From Lama glama (lineage: Eukaryota): a stretch of 64,000 bases of DNA. The stretch is from positions 6,450,001 to 6,514,000 of the forward strand of contig CM052832.1 of assembly GCA_028534125.1 (NCBI GenBank), given 5' to 3'. Below, one piece after another: positions 37,993-51,284 of the stretch. Below the pieces are notes generated by a model that worked only from the letters and a program-made list of their open reading frames with translations, had not been told where the DNA came from and did no database searches. The translations under genes and the position numbers were made by a program. Within the stretch, counting starts at the first letter, position 1. The number at the start of each line of letters is the position of its first letter.

Positions 37993-38387
37993 CTGCAACA
38001 AGAAGAGAAAAACCTCAGGTTGAGAAAGAAACACAAAAAGAAGAAAATTATTTACATGGGTGCTACCATGACAAAATTCACATCCTCCAAAAAGGGGGAG
38101 TGGGGACAGATGAATATTCTAATTGCTACAGGGGGTTATTCCTACAGAAATGATTTAAAAAAATGTTTTGGTCCTCACACTGTACCTATTATCAAATAAA
38201 GTTTCCGGAAAAGATTATACTGGGCATAAAAATCCAGAAAGATTGACTGTGTTATTGCTGTTTTCCATTGTTGTTATTACAATATTAGTATTTTTTTCCT
38301 CCTAAACACAAAGGCTTTGGGAAAAGTTCAAGTTGCTTTTCAAAATGAAGAACACTCTTGTTAACTGCTATTTGCATACGCTCATAC

Positions 38388-38477
38388 CTTAGATGGACTC
38401 CTGTCCAATTTGGGTATGCCGTTCCAGACATTCTCAGGGTCCACTACCTCCTCCATACCATCCGAAAGGTTCAAAAC
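38388..38477 (-). CDS. TDRD6: TDRD6 coding exon 3: VLNLSDGMEEVVDPENVWNGIPKLDRSPSK
   Basis: cttgtag| acceptor and AAG|gtatga donor; 90 nt, phase 0/0. Confidence 0.93.
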
Positions 38478-39107
38478 CTACAAGAGAAAAAAAAATTAAT
38501 AAAAACTGGTAGTTCCAAAATCTGATTTATGCTACAGTTACATAGCAATCCTTTTAAAAATGAAGTACTTTAAAAGGCAATTAAAATGATTTTGTTAAAC
38601 TTTAATATTACAGTTCCAGTACTTCAGCTCCAACTGAGTGAGTATCTATGCCTAGAGGTCAAACACAGATAAAATTTAGATCTCGAGAAATTCAAAATGT
38701 GATGGAGAAACACGCCACTAAGCAGATAACACAATGTACAGACTTCTGCAGCAGGAGGTACAGGAATATAATATGGATATAAAGCTTTTTCGGGGGAAGA
38801 GGGGTGAAGCGATGAGGGACATTGAGGAAATAAAGCTAGTGAATGTTTCCTGGAAGAGGCAAAGGCTAATCTTTTAAAGGCAGGTGGAAATTAACCAGCT
38901 TGGGTAGGGAACAGAATACAGGCAAATAGAATTACATTATTAAATACATCATGGAAGGCAAACAAAATAGTATATATAAGAGAAATCAAGCAGTATAGTG
39001 TCCATCTTACTCCCAATGGAGTAAGACCTAAGGCTGGAGAGGTACGTGGGTGCTCAGCCCCAGAGAACCTCCTTTGGCATGTTAGTGAGCTTGGCTTCTC
39101 TCCTCTA

Positions 39108-39270
39108 GACCAGTGGTTCTCAGATTTTAATGGTGTAAGAGTGCACAACCCAAATCCTTCCAGAACTACTCAGCCAGCCAGCCAGGGCAAGGAACAGGAA
39201 TCTACATTTAAGAAATGTACCAGGTGATTATGACACAGATGGTTTTCAGACCACAGGAAAAACACAATAT
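39108..39270. mobile_element. MER5-family DNA transposon fragment
   Basis: 'cagtggttctcagatttt...ggaatctacatttaagaaatgtaccaggtgattatga'. Confidence 0.6.
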
Positions 39271-39710
39271 GCTGGAAGTATCTAAAAGCTTTTACACTAG
39301 GGAATGAGGTAGTCAGACTTGCATCTGGCAGACTTCCCACTGGCAGTGTGGGATACTCAGCTGAAGGAAGATTAGATGTAAACCAGTAGAAGGTTATTCG
39401 AAGGAATCTAGTTGTGGAATGAGGGACAATCAAGGCAGTGGCATTAGGTATAACAAGTTTTAACTATGGGGTAAGAAGTAGAAAGTGCAGAACTCAGTGA
39501 CTGATGGGATTTCGGGACTAAGGGAAATGAAAGCGACCCGGATGTTACATGTGGAAACTTTTAAAATCATTTTTGCACTACATTGAATTATCAGGGGGGA
39601 TGAGCAGGGAAACATCTGTTCAGCTGGATTTTCCAGTCCGATAAAATGGTTAAAGTTTCCCTAACAATCTGCAAGTACACTCTGAGATGAAGGGCTTCCA
39701 TTTTACTTAC

Positions 39711-39835
39711 CTTTGTGCCTTCTTCAGCTATTTCCAAAATCTCACATTTAGACCACGTGTTTCTTAGACTTGACCACACAACACATTGGGATCCAACGGT
39801 AAATCCTTTCAGAGTGTAGGTGTTCTCTGGCTGAG
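39711..39835 (-). CDS. TDRD6: TDRD6 coding exon 2: (A)QPENTYTLKGFTVGSQCVVWSSLRNTWSKCEILEIAEEGTK (last Tudor-like domain)
   Basis: ttggcag| acceptor and AAG|gtaagt donor; 125 nt; continues phase 1 from exon 1. Confidence 0.95.
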
Positions 39836-41373
39836 CTGCCAAGTTGAAGAGAGGAAGACTCGATGCACGTTAACTCTTAATCCTTTAACGTTAGATACGC
39901 AAAGCACTTCCTAATCTGCACTGACTATTTCTGTACAGTCACTGTCATGCATGGTACGTGTTCTAAGTCTGACTCCTTCCCTCGATACGATTTTTTAATT
40001 TTCCCAGTGCCCCCTCCCCATGTAATTCCTTACCACTCTCCTCAAAAAACACGACAGTGATGTGATGCTTTTTAAGCATCTGAATCTGACTTGTAACACC
40101 GAGAATTACCACCTAAAGCTGGCTGTTATTGCCACATGTAATGTGGCCTGTGGATATAAACAGCCATTTCTACAGCAAAGCAACACGGCACGAGTGATCA
40201 GACATTTTTTATCGCAAAGCTGTTACTTACTATTATCAAAATGTGACAGTGAGGACTAAAAACCTAGGGTGGTATTTAAATAAATTACAATATATCCACA
40301 GGATGGTGTACTACGAAACTAAAACATTTGAAAGTGTACTTAAAATGCAGGACTCAACACTATATGATAGTACCATCTCGATTTGGTTTTTAAAACTGTA
40401 AGCACACACAAGGAGGGTGAACGACAGCAGGCAGGAAGCACGTCACTGCAGCATTCACAGTGGCCTTTTCTCGGTGGTGGGATTAGGGTGATTTTTATTC
40501 TCCTTCATCTATTGTTTTCTCTATTTCGTAAAATAACTCAAACGTAATATTATAAATATTGACATTCAAAAAGTCTCACATTGTTTATTTGAAAAACATT
40601 TATTATTTAAAAATATTTTTAAAACGATTATTTTTAAAGCACTGATTATTTTAAAAACATTTTTTTTTAAAGTTTGCTATTCTGGGATGTTTCCATGTCT
40701 TGGCAATTATAAATAACGTTGCTGTTAAAAAAAAAGTTTGTCATTCTGGATAACTTTTAAATCTTATTAAATATCCAAGAAAACAGCAAACATAATTATA
40801 AAAAAGTTAATGACAATAAATGTTCTCTAATATTTAACCAAGGCTGTTAACTTTTTTGGTTAATATAGGGCCAACTCTGTTTTTGTTTGAGGGTGTCTAA
40901 GATGAACGGCAAGATACATCCGTGAAGTAAAACAGTTAAATTTTAAAACTCTGCTGAAATGATCCCTATCGTAAACTCATGCCTACATTACTGCTTGGCA
41001 AAGGAACACTATTTGTTTTTAAACCTTACCCCCAAAACAGAACGTCTTGATTTTAAAGATGATTTGTTTACATTTTAATTAGGATTATCTTTTGGAGACT
41101 CAGATTTTGAGCATTCTATTTTTAAAAACAAAATTAATACTTCAGCATTTCACCCAGCACATAAAAATATTATTTCACATCGATTTCACAACTTAATTTC
41201 CCCATGTTTGAAATACCCTTCGTAAAATCCAAATCTGATTCTCTTCTCAGGTTTTAATCCTCCCCTCGAAATAAACTGTGTAAAAATTCAAATAAGAATT
41301 ATTCTCTTTCCTTTAAGACAAATAAGTGCTTTTCACTAAGCTAACTAAAAGTAAATTTTTAAAATGAGCATAC

Positions 41374-44300
41374 CTGAGACATGACCTGGTAAAGTGTTAC
41401 TGTGTTTCCTTCCATCTCCGGATTCTTCCTCAGAAAACAGAGAGTTCAGTGATGCCAGGGCATCTCTGTTTTTATACTCTGTGAATTCTTCTTTATAGAT
41501 ATTCATTTCAACTTGCATTTTGGGGTCACAGTTCTCTCCGTGCAGAGGCAATGGCAACCCACACTCATCAAAACATTCCAGACAACTTGACCTCCTTGCG
41601 TCCTCAGCACACAGGGACTCTGGGGCTTTCTGGCTAACTCTTGAACACAGAGGGTTTATTTTGTCCTCCAGACATAGCCGGGCTGTAGGGAACTCTAGCT
41701 CTGGCTGTTTCTCAGCCACATCGTTGAGGGAAAGCTGTGCTGTAAACAGTTGCAGGGTGGCCCCCGGCTCACAGCCTTGGGGAAGAGGCAGGGTGGCAGG
41801 CACCAGGCCCATCTCTTCTTTGTCCTCATGCCCGACTAGAGAATGCTGTAACTCAGTGGATTCTAGCTCCAGGAATTCTTTGGATTCATCATTGGGACAA
41901 AGTGGCACCTCCAGTGAATTCAGTTCCAACATCTCCTTGGCTTCACTGGCAGGTGGCAACAGTGTGTTCAGTCCTGCAACAAGGAATTCATCATCAAGCT
42001 TGGCTTTGTCGACCAGACGGCCCTCCACTTGACCTTCTAGCATCTCAAGGCCAATTTTATCTTTTTTATCTTTGCATGGGTTTTCAAAAGCTTCAAAAAT
42101 GTTATCAGTTTCATGGGCACAGAATTTACCTGGTTTGGTTTCAGCGATGTTTAAATCTTTTTCAATTATTTCAGAGAGCTCATCTGTCTGGGATTCAACA
42201 TAGGGTGTTTTACTACTTGGCTTCTTAAGTCCAGCATCAGGACTGGGCAACCCAAGAGCCCCCTTTATCTCCGGGTCATTTTTCCCACTGGGCAGATCAC
42301 TGTTACTCATACCAATCCTAGAATATTTCTTCATTTTCTCACTAATGCTTTTGTCCTTGCTTTTCAAATCAACAATGGCCAAAGGGATACCACAAACATC
42401 CGGTCTGATTTCTAATATTGTGATCTCCAGCACGTCTTCTGTTACTATTTCATAAAAATAGTCATTTCCCTCTTGGGGGCACGCACCTTCTGAAATATTA
42501 AATCCCGAGAGGCAGCATGGGAAGGCTTGCATGGGAACCGCCAAAAGTTCAGAAGGAATTCTCCAGAGTGCTTTGGGGTCCACACAGTCTTCGATGTTTC
42601 CAAAGTCTACAAGCCTGACGGACACAAGATAATCTTCACAAATATTGGTGACAAGTGCCCTATAATAATGCCCATCTTCTCTGTATCTTACTATGCAAGG
42701 GTCTCCAACATGAGGGCACAGGATACAGCTTCTCTGATCTGTCTCCTGTTCTCCAGCAGTTTGCACTTCTACTTCTAAATACTGAAGTGTCTCGGTATCT
42801 GCAAATTGACACCAAAAATATTCAGGTCCATCAATCACTGTGGCATAAGCTTTCACCACCTTCATCTTTGGATTATGCCAGTTAAGAAATACAGAAGTGT
42901 CTGTGTCTGGCTGGTCGACAGACTTGGAACAGGCACCTTTAATTATTTGGGTAGAGCATCCTATTTGAGATTTTCCACTGAAGGCACATCTGCCAATCAT
43001 ATCTTCTGCAATGATCCCGTGGTCATCAGCAAGAATAACTTCCCATTTGTCTTGAAACTGAACAAATTCACATCTTATTGGAGCCTCATCTATCCTTCGG
43101 GAAAAGTACTGCATCATTTCCTTATGGTTTAACATCTCAGGTACCCAAGGTCCCCTTAAGGAGCAGTGAATGCACAATCCTGGTATGAGTGCATTAACAA
43201 GATCAAGTTTACCTATCTTGCTGGTGCAAACCACAGAAACATTGCCATAATCTATAAACTGCACAGATAGAAGGTCATTGGGTTGTGGTTCCTTGATGGC
43301 TGCACGATACCATAAATTGTCTTCTGGGAAAATGGCACATATTACATCTCCTGTTTGCAAAGGTGGACCTGCATAGTATTGAGGTCTTGTTCTAACATCG
43401 TTTAAGCTCTCTGAAAGACGACTGATTTTCGCCTCATCTTCTGTTAGCTGAACATAAAAGTCTGAAAGATCATTTATATGAGAGACATATACAGTTGTTT
43501 TAAAGCCAGGCATTATAGTCTTCTGGGGGAACTCAGAAAATTTTAAAGGCATATCTTTGTTACATGAATCTCCCATTTTCCTCTCTGAAAGAGTGGCTTT
43601 TAGTTTTGTGGCTTTCAGAGGTGGCTCAACAAAACTCTCTTCTTTCTTTTTTATTGTTAGTGGAGGCACTTGATTCATTTCACATCCCACAGAGTCCTGA
43701 TATTGACCGACTAGGTTTGTCTTTGTTGAACTGTGTAAAAGTCTGAGTTCCTTACATGCTGAGCTGATCTTAGGTCTGTATGGTTCTCCCAGGATCACCA
43801 TGCTATTGGATTTGTTCTCTGCTGATTTACTTAAATGCTGTGCAGGTGACAACTTCACATATTCCTTTTTCATTTCAAGAGCTGCAGTTGTAGAGAGGCA
43901 TGCTTCACTTCCTTTTCTGTGTGTCTCACCTTTGTAACCAAGTAGCCCTAACTTCTCATTAATATTAGCATTAATTTGAATACTGTCATCATATAGTTCT
44001 ATAATCAGTCTTCCATCTGGATCTTTTGCGATGACCAAAGCCTTCAGTGACTTACACAAAACAGTCTCCTGAAACCACGTTGTAACTTCTTCCGGTATGT
44101 GATCAGGAATATCGGATAACGAACATTTAACAGCTTGCATGGGCAAAAGCAAGACATCATATGCATCACTAGGTATCGGAAGCAGATCGTCGTCTGTTAC
44201 CAAATAAATGTTCCCAAAGTCAACAAAGAAGACTTTATTTGGTTCTTTTTCTCTGATTATCCCTCTATACCAGTTTCCATCAGTGTACCTGGCAAGGCAC

Positions 44301-47300
44301 AATGTTCTGGGGACCAAGGGAAGTGTTTTTAAGTTCAGCAACACTGTACTTAATTGGGTAATATGATGTGACAACTGTTCTAAAATGTTTGCATTTCTTC
44401 CCAGCTGGCAGTAAAACGTCCAGGGGTCCTCCACATGTGTTACGTACACTGATTCTTCACTTCCAATTTTCGTATCATGTGTAGAATAGTAGTAAGAATG
44501 TAGCTGAACAGAGGCCTCCAGAGGCTTCTGATGTTTTACTGGTCTCGCAAGTCTCTTTTCTACCAAAAAATGGCATGCGCTCTGGAAGGGTGTTATCAAA
44601 TCCACCACGTTAAACAGTTCTCCATCATGTACTGAAGCCAAGGCAAATATTGTGCATTTTAATTCTAGACTGTCTTCCCATGCATTATCTACAAATTCAC
44701 TAAAAGCTTGGATTGCCTCTTCATCCCAAACAAAAGGATTCTGACCAGCTGGTTGAATTAAATTATAGAGACTACACCTGAAAGCCTGAGCCTTAACCTT
44801 GAAAAACTCTTCACTAACTGAATAAATATTCTTCACAGACACCGTATCTTTGTCTCCATAATCTACAAATATTACTCTGACATGCTCTGAAGATAGTGCC
44901 CCACTAATCAGAGCTCTGGACCATTTTCCATTTGCTGTTCGTTTGGCCAAACAAGCAGGAGTGTTTCCCCGGTAAGGAGCAGCTGTATTCTCGCAATAGT
45001 CCTGAATACTACACATTAGCATTTTAAATCTTTGTATGTTCTTGGTCAGCTGGCACCAGAAATAGCCAGGGTTTTCAACATAAGACACTTTGACTTCTAC
45101 TGTACTCCCAACTTCTAGCTCTCCATTACAAGAGCCTGGCTTAATCTCCAAGAAATTCTGTGTAAGAGGGGAATAAACAGATACGCCTTTCTCTTTTTCC
45201 TGCTCAACTAGGCCAGCTGAAGCATCCATCACAACTGCAGTGTCAGTCAAAACTCCTGGAACAGCTGTGGTTTTACCATCTCGCTTGGCTTTTTGTTCTG
45301 CCTTCTTCTTGGCAGCAGATATTTTGTTATGCTCCGCCATAGAACGGTTTGAGATGTGCCCCGGTGAGTGGCCACTCAGGGAAATGTTCTCCTTTGCTTC
45401 AAATTCCTGATACTTGGCAAATCCAGCCTGAGCGATCACCTTACTGATGTTTTCTTCTCCTGTTCTTGATTCATCAAGAATCTCAATAACATATTGACTA
45501 TCCTGCTTGTCGAGGACATGGATGACCAGTTCTTTGTGGAGCACAGTCTTTTTGAAAAAGGAAATTGCCTCCTGGCTCCAGTTTTCCCTCAAGGGCCATA
45601 TATCCGCCAGGGCGCACCGCAGAGCCAGTATCGGCAGCTGCCTAAACTGAGGGAGCAGCATCCTCAGGTCGCACCAGTCCACACTTTCCGAACTGCCTCG
45701 GTCAACGAGGAATACGTCCACGCTCTCGTCATCTAATCTGGTGACCATAGCCCGATAAAAGCCATTTTCTTTCCATTTGACACAGCAGAGGTCATCGGCT
45801 TCAGGTTTCAAAACAACCCCATCCAGCTTACTGGCGGAGGAGTAGAAACTGCACATTCTCCTCATCAGTTTGCTGAAGGTACCGTTGTGTTGCCTCAACC
45901 GAATCCAAAACTCCGAGGGATTTTTAACAAACTGTACCTGGGCGTCATAGAAGGCGTTCATCTTTAACTTGATAGATCTTAAGGCAGGGAGCGAAATTTC
46001 TTCATCCACTTTCTCAGCAGGAGATTGAGACTGAAAAGCTGTTTCTGCTTCCTCCTCCTCCTCCATCCTCTGGCTCTGAAGGAATCGGTCAGCCAGGCAA
46101 CAGGACTGTACTCCAAACACACAGTTAAGATTAATCCCATCTTCTCCATACAGGGTGACGTAATACACGTGCTCGAACGAACAGTAAAATTCGATCTTTG
46201 CGTTCACTGCCTGGCCCAGGATCAGGGCCTTCAGGTCACCAACCTGTGACCGAGACCAGCCTCTCCCACCGTCCCAGAGTCCATATAGAGCACAAGGGTA
46301 GGTCACCACAGGCATTCGAAAATATTCAGGCAGCAAGTAGCGAAGGCTGCTAAAACTCACCAACTCCTTCCTTCCGTAGTCTACGTGAAGCACCTGGGCA
46401 CAGCGCTGAGGCCGGAAAGTCTCAAGCAAAAGCGCCCGGTACCAATGTCCATCCAACCCGCAGGATGCACACGGAGAGCCCGGCTTGTCTGGGCTCTCCT
46501 CCCTCTCCTCCCAGGTGACACAGGTAGAGTTCTCATCCCCTGTCCCCGGGGAACCCCCGTATATCTGGGCCATACTCTCGGAGAGGCAGTGGATCTCCTG
46601 CGAGAGGCTCCGGAGCTGGCAGTGGATGCGGTGAGGATGGCACACCTGGGTGACCACCACAGGCTCCGTCACGCCCAGCTGCAGCTGAGGGTAGAAGTAA
46701 TCCAGGCCAGGCTGCTTCTGCCTGGGCGGGATTCGCGGCAAGACCGGGCTCCCAGGGCCCAGGAACGCCGTGGTGGCCTTAAGGTAGCGCTTGATCAGTG
46801 AGCGGAAGAGGCCATCAGGCAGCTGGCGGGTCAGGCCAAGCCCCTGCATCTGCTGGTACAGCCCGGGCACCTCCAGGAGGACCAGGCGGTGGAGCAGCAG
46901 CACGTCCAGGACCCGCCCGTGCACTACCTTGCCCTGCAGGTTGCTAAGGAAGTCCACGGCGCTGGCGGGCCAGTGCTGGGGCTTGCCCCTGCCTGCGGGC
47001 ACCAGGCCGGCCAGCACGCAGCCCAGCACCTCCGACGGCAGGTGGAAGAACTCGCTCCGCCCGGGCGCCAGCGAGCCGACGCCGACCGTGACCGTGCGGC
47101 CTTCGTCCAGCAGGAAGACGCGGCTCTCCTGCGCCTGCTGGCTCAGCACGCGGCCGCGGTGCCACAGCGGCCCCACCTGCACCAGACACAGCTCGCCGGG
47201 CGCGGCCGAGGCGCCGCCCAGCGCCCACGGGCCGTGCGCAGCCGCCGCCGCCGCCGCCGCTTTCTGAATCTCCTGGCTCAGCCGCACGTACTCGTCCCGC

Positions 47301-47416
47301 CGCTCGCCCACCAGCCCAAAGAGCTGCACTGGGATCACCTCGGGCTGCACGTCCACGAAGGTCACCCGCAGCACCAGCGAGGCCCCCCGCGTCGGCAGCC
47401 CGGGCGTCGAGCACAT
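41374..47416 (-). CDS. TDRD6: TDRD6 coding exon 1 (6043 nt): multi-Tudor germ-granule (chromatoid body) protein; full protein 2127 aa
   Basis: Uninterrupted ORF from MCSTPGLP...; repeated extended Tudor motifs (WYRA...V.FVDYG/DFG, P..A..C.L); donor TCAG|gtatgc at 41374/41373. Confidence 0.98.
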
Positions 47417-48110
47417 CTCCGCGGCGCCGCCCGGCCTTCGTTCGCCGTCCGGCCCGCCAAGCCGCGGCGCCGCTGGAAGGAGAGCCCCGCAGACGCAGGG
47501 TCGCAGGACACACGGACTGGGAAGGACGCCCGACCAGGTGGCCCTTCCGCGACGCGCCCGCTGCCGCTGCCGCTGCCGGGCCTGACGGACTCGCGCCGAC
47601 TGGTAAGACCCGCCGGCCCGACCAACCGCCCACGGTCGCGCCGCCGCGCAGGCATTGTGCGCGCGAGGCGCCCTCACTTCCGGCCGCGGACGGCGGGGTG
47701 GAGTCCGGCCTCGCGGGTGGTGGCCGCGGTGGGGACGAGGGCTGGGGGCGCAGGAGGGACCTCGAGGGCCGAGAGCGGGCGGGACCCGGGAGGGGACGCG
47801 CCCTGCCTCTGCCCAGGCCTTGGGGCCGGCCTGGCCGGGGGCTGCGACGAGGCCCAGACCACTCAGGGGTCTCCTTTTCGGCGGCCCGACCAAGAACGAC
47901 AGAGCTTGGCTGGCCGGTCGCCATGCTGGCCGCTGGAGAAACGGGAAGGAGAGAGGGAGGCGCCAAGGGCACGTTCCCGGGCGTTGGGCCCGAAGTCGCG
48001 GGGGCCCGGAGCGCTCCCCGGCGGAGGCCATGGGTGCGCGGGCGACCCCGGAGGACGGCGGTTGGCCGCGCGCGCTCCGCGGTGTGGCTCTGAGCCGGGG
48101 CTGACCCTCT
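46400..48110. promoter_or_regulatory. TDRD6: TDRD6 CpG island and promoter, extending into the CDS
   Basis: Very high CpG/GC content; MYB-type motif CAACCGCC at 47623-47630 (+) and 48057-48064 (-); ETS motif CACTTCCGG at 47675-47683. Confidence 0.85.
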
Positions 48111-49669
48111 CCGGTCGGAGCCTGTTTGATCCCCTGGGTGACTAGAGTTGTGGTGAGGGTTACGTTAGATAAAGTATGAGCGTCTTTGGAGACTTAAGAT
48201 GCCTCCTTCCCCACGATTACCCGGTCTGAGTTTCTTGGCTGCCTCGTTTGTCAATGTTGGAGGCATTTAGCCTTCACTTCGGCACGGAGCTAGCACAGAA
48301 CTGGATTTATAAGAATGTCCAAAGTGTCGTGGAGGTAACGTGACTTCAAACTCTCGGCTGTATCTGCTATGGCAGAGGGCCTCTTGGCTGGACTCTACTT
48401 TTTCCCACCTAAATCTTAACCGAGGTTCCCCCTAGAAGACTCTGTCAACGGGGAGGGAGCGGAATGGAAAATTGCAGGTAAACTGAGGAGCTCCAGAGAT
48501 ACGTCTGCATTTGTGTTGACATGTTTGTGCATTTGCAAAGTTAGGCACATTCATCGGGGTTTCTCGTACTTTTCTGGTTCACTCCTTCACATTTTGAAAT
48601 AGTCAAGAGAGAAAGTCAAGAGAGTGCTTACTATAACCCTGGCCTGAGAATGTAAATCTCAGTGTCTTCAGTCTATCCAGATGAGAGGTCACCAGGTGCT
48701 TCCAAAGCCGCCCAGGCTTGCTTTGCACTTTTCACATCGTGTGACAGTTGTCTTTGGTCACTGTGTCATCCCACCAGCTTAAAAGCACACAATGAATGTT
48801 TAACAAAGGACTAAGAAGATAATCTGGCACTGTGTCCTTGATGGTGGAAGGAAAGAGTTCATTATATAATGGTCTTGTTATCATTTGGGATTGTTTGATC
48901 ATAACATGGAATAATGGAGACTTCAACTAATCCTCTGTTACAGTTCAGGCAGTATAAACCAGCTCTTAAAGAGACCACAGGGTTGTAGATAACAAGCTAA
49001 GCAAATGACTTATGTTTTCTGTTTAACCTGTCCGCCAACCACCTAACGTAACGCAGGGCCTTTAATCCTCAATGTGAATGTGCATTGTGTAGCTGATGGG
49101 CTGATCAGAGCCCCTTCCTCACATCCTCCCAGATACTCCCAGTGTCCTGCCTCTGCTGTGTCTGGGGTAGGTAGCTTTACTTTGCTCTGTCTTGCTCTGC
49201 TGCTGGTCAGGGAATTGAAAACTTTTAAAAAAAATCAGACCATTGCACAGTGAAGATTAAACTCTTGCTCTGTATTTCCCACACTTTATTAAGCAAAATA
49301 TCTTGAGCTCCTCTTAGGCATAGAGGGCTTTGGCTTCAGAAACAGTGAGAGGGAGTAATCTGACCTGAATACAAATGTTTAAATGAGTTAAAGGAGACAA
49401 GGATAAGATGAGGGAGAGAATGTTTCTGGGAGATATTTGGACACTATTGTGAGTTGTTTAGAATTTTTTTATGGATAAAAGATGCAGGGAAATTGGGCAA
49501 AACAGATAAATCATACTTATTCTGTGCTATCTTAGATGTCCATATATAGAGAGCTCTAAGCAGAAACACAGTACACTTTAGACTCTATAGTTTCTAAACT
49601 ACTAATTAGCCATTTTTAAAGATGCTTGCTTAGAAAATTACTGTTTAATTAATACTTTAAAAAAATTAT

Positions 49670-50770
49670 TCAAGTGAGACATACCCTGTTAAGAGAATGA
49701 AAAGATAAGCTAAAGGAAAAGACAGGGAGAAAATACTTGCAAACCACATGTCTGACAAAGGACTTGTATCTGCAATGTATAAAGTACTCTCAAAACATTA
49801 ACAGTTAAAAAAAATAATTTGAAAATGGGCAAAGGATATGAAGAGACATTTCACCAAAGAGGACATACAAATGGCAAGAGGAACGTAAAAAGATGTTCAC
49901 CATCATTAGCCATTAGGGGAAAATGAATTAGAACCATCAGGTTATATCACTACAAACCTAAGATAATGACTAAACTTAAAAATAGTGATAAACGTCAGCA
50001 CTGACTGGAACATGGAAAAACTGGATCACTCACATTGTTGGTGGGGATGTAAAATGGTACAGCCACTTTTTAAAAACTAAATGTGTACTTGTCGTTTGAC
50101 CTAGCAATTGCACTTAGGTCCATGCAGAAACCTCTACACAAGTGTTTATAGCAGCTACATTCCTAATAGTCTCAAACTGGAAACAACCCAAATGACCTTC
50201 AATGGGTAAATGGTTAAACAGACTTCGGTAGATCCATGCCATGGCATACAACTCAACAATAACAAGGAAAAGTAATGAACCGTTTCATGTAACAACTTGG
50301 AAAGTTCTCAGGGCAGGTATGCTGAGTGAAAAAAAAAATCCCCAAAGGTCACATACTGTATGATTCCATTTATAGACTATTGAATTAACGAAAGTATAGA
50401 GACAGAGGGCAAATGAATGGTTGTCAGGAGTTAGGGATAGGGGAGAGAGGGTGTGTGGGTATAAAGGGGGCAGCATGAAATTCAAGATATTCAAGTTCTG
50501 TATCTTGAAAATGGTAGTGGTTACATGAAGCTAAGAAGGTGATAAAATCGTATAGAACCAAATACACACACACACGCATGTGTAAAACTTGTAAAATTGG
50601 TGAAATGTAAATCTGTGGACTATATCAATGTCATTTTGCTGGTTTTGATTGTATACTATAGTTATTCAAGATATTAACACTGGGGAGGACTGGTGAAAGG
50701 TTCATGGGACTTCCCTGTACATGTTTTGCAACTTTATGTGAATCTAAAATTATTTCAAAAGAAAAAGTTT
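49670..50770 (+). mobile_element. Old L1 (L1M) 3' region
   Basis: 'aaatacttgcaaaccacatgtctgacaaaggacttgtatc', 'aaactggaaacaacccaaatg'; ends 'tgtgaatctaaaattatttcaaaagaaaaagtt'. Confidence 0.85.
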
Positions 50771-51284
50771 ACAAAAATTCTATGAAATTCAGATTTCATT
50801 GTCAATAACTGAAGTTTTGTTAGAACACACACACACAATTCAAGACTGTGCCGTTACAGGGGGACAACTAGAGTAGTAAGAGCAAGCCAGGGGAATGTCT
50901 ATCTTCTTGTTTCCAGATCTGAAAAATGAGTCTCTTTATACGGACCTTACAGGATAAATTACATACAGTTAACATGTTTGCATTAAATAAATACTTGAGA
51001 TGCAACAAAACACAGTAGAAAAAGCAAAGGTTTTAGATTTTGAAAGTGCCTGGTTCTCATCTCAGAATGATACGGACGATGAACTTTTCTAAGTCAGTTT
51101 GCTCATATATAAAAATGGAATTATACTTAACTTTATTATGAAGATTAAATGACCCACTATAGGTAAAAGTCCCACCACAGTAGATATATAATAAATTAGA
51201 GTTATTGGTAATTGAATAAAATAGAAATTTGAAATACTTTCTTAGTTCTTCTAAATTAAAGATTTAAAAATCTTAGATTTTTTT

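Noticed and set aside
41345..41373. ORF-track tail GMLILKIYF* as the TDRD6 C-terminus
   Set aside because: It is intron readthrough past the donor at 41374/41373; exons 2-4 continue the frame.
46889..48145. 418-aa plus-strand ORF and other long overlapping ORFs (46944-47972, 46791-47267)
   Set aside because: Shadow ORFs of the GC-rich TDRD6 CDS and CpG island; low-complexity Arg/Pro/Gly/Ala, no recognisable domain, mostly non-ATG starts.
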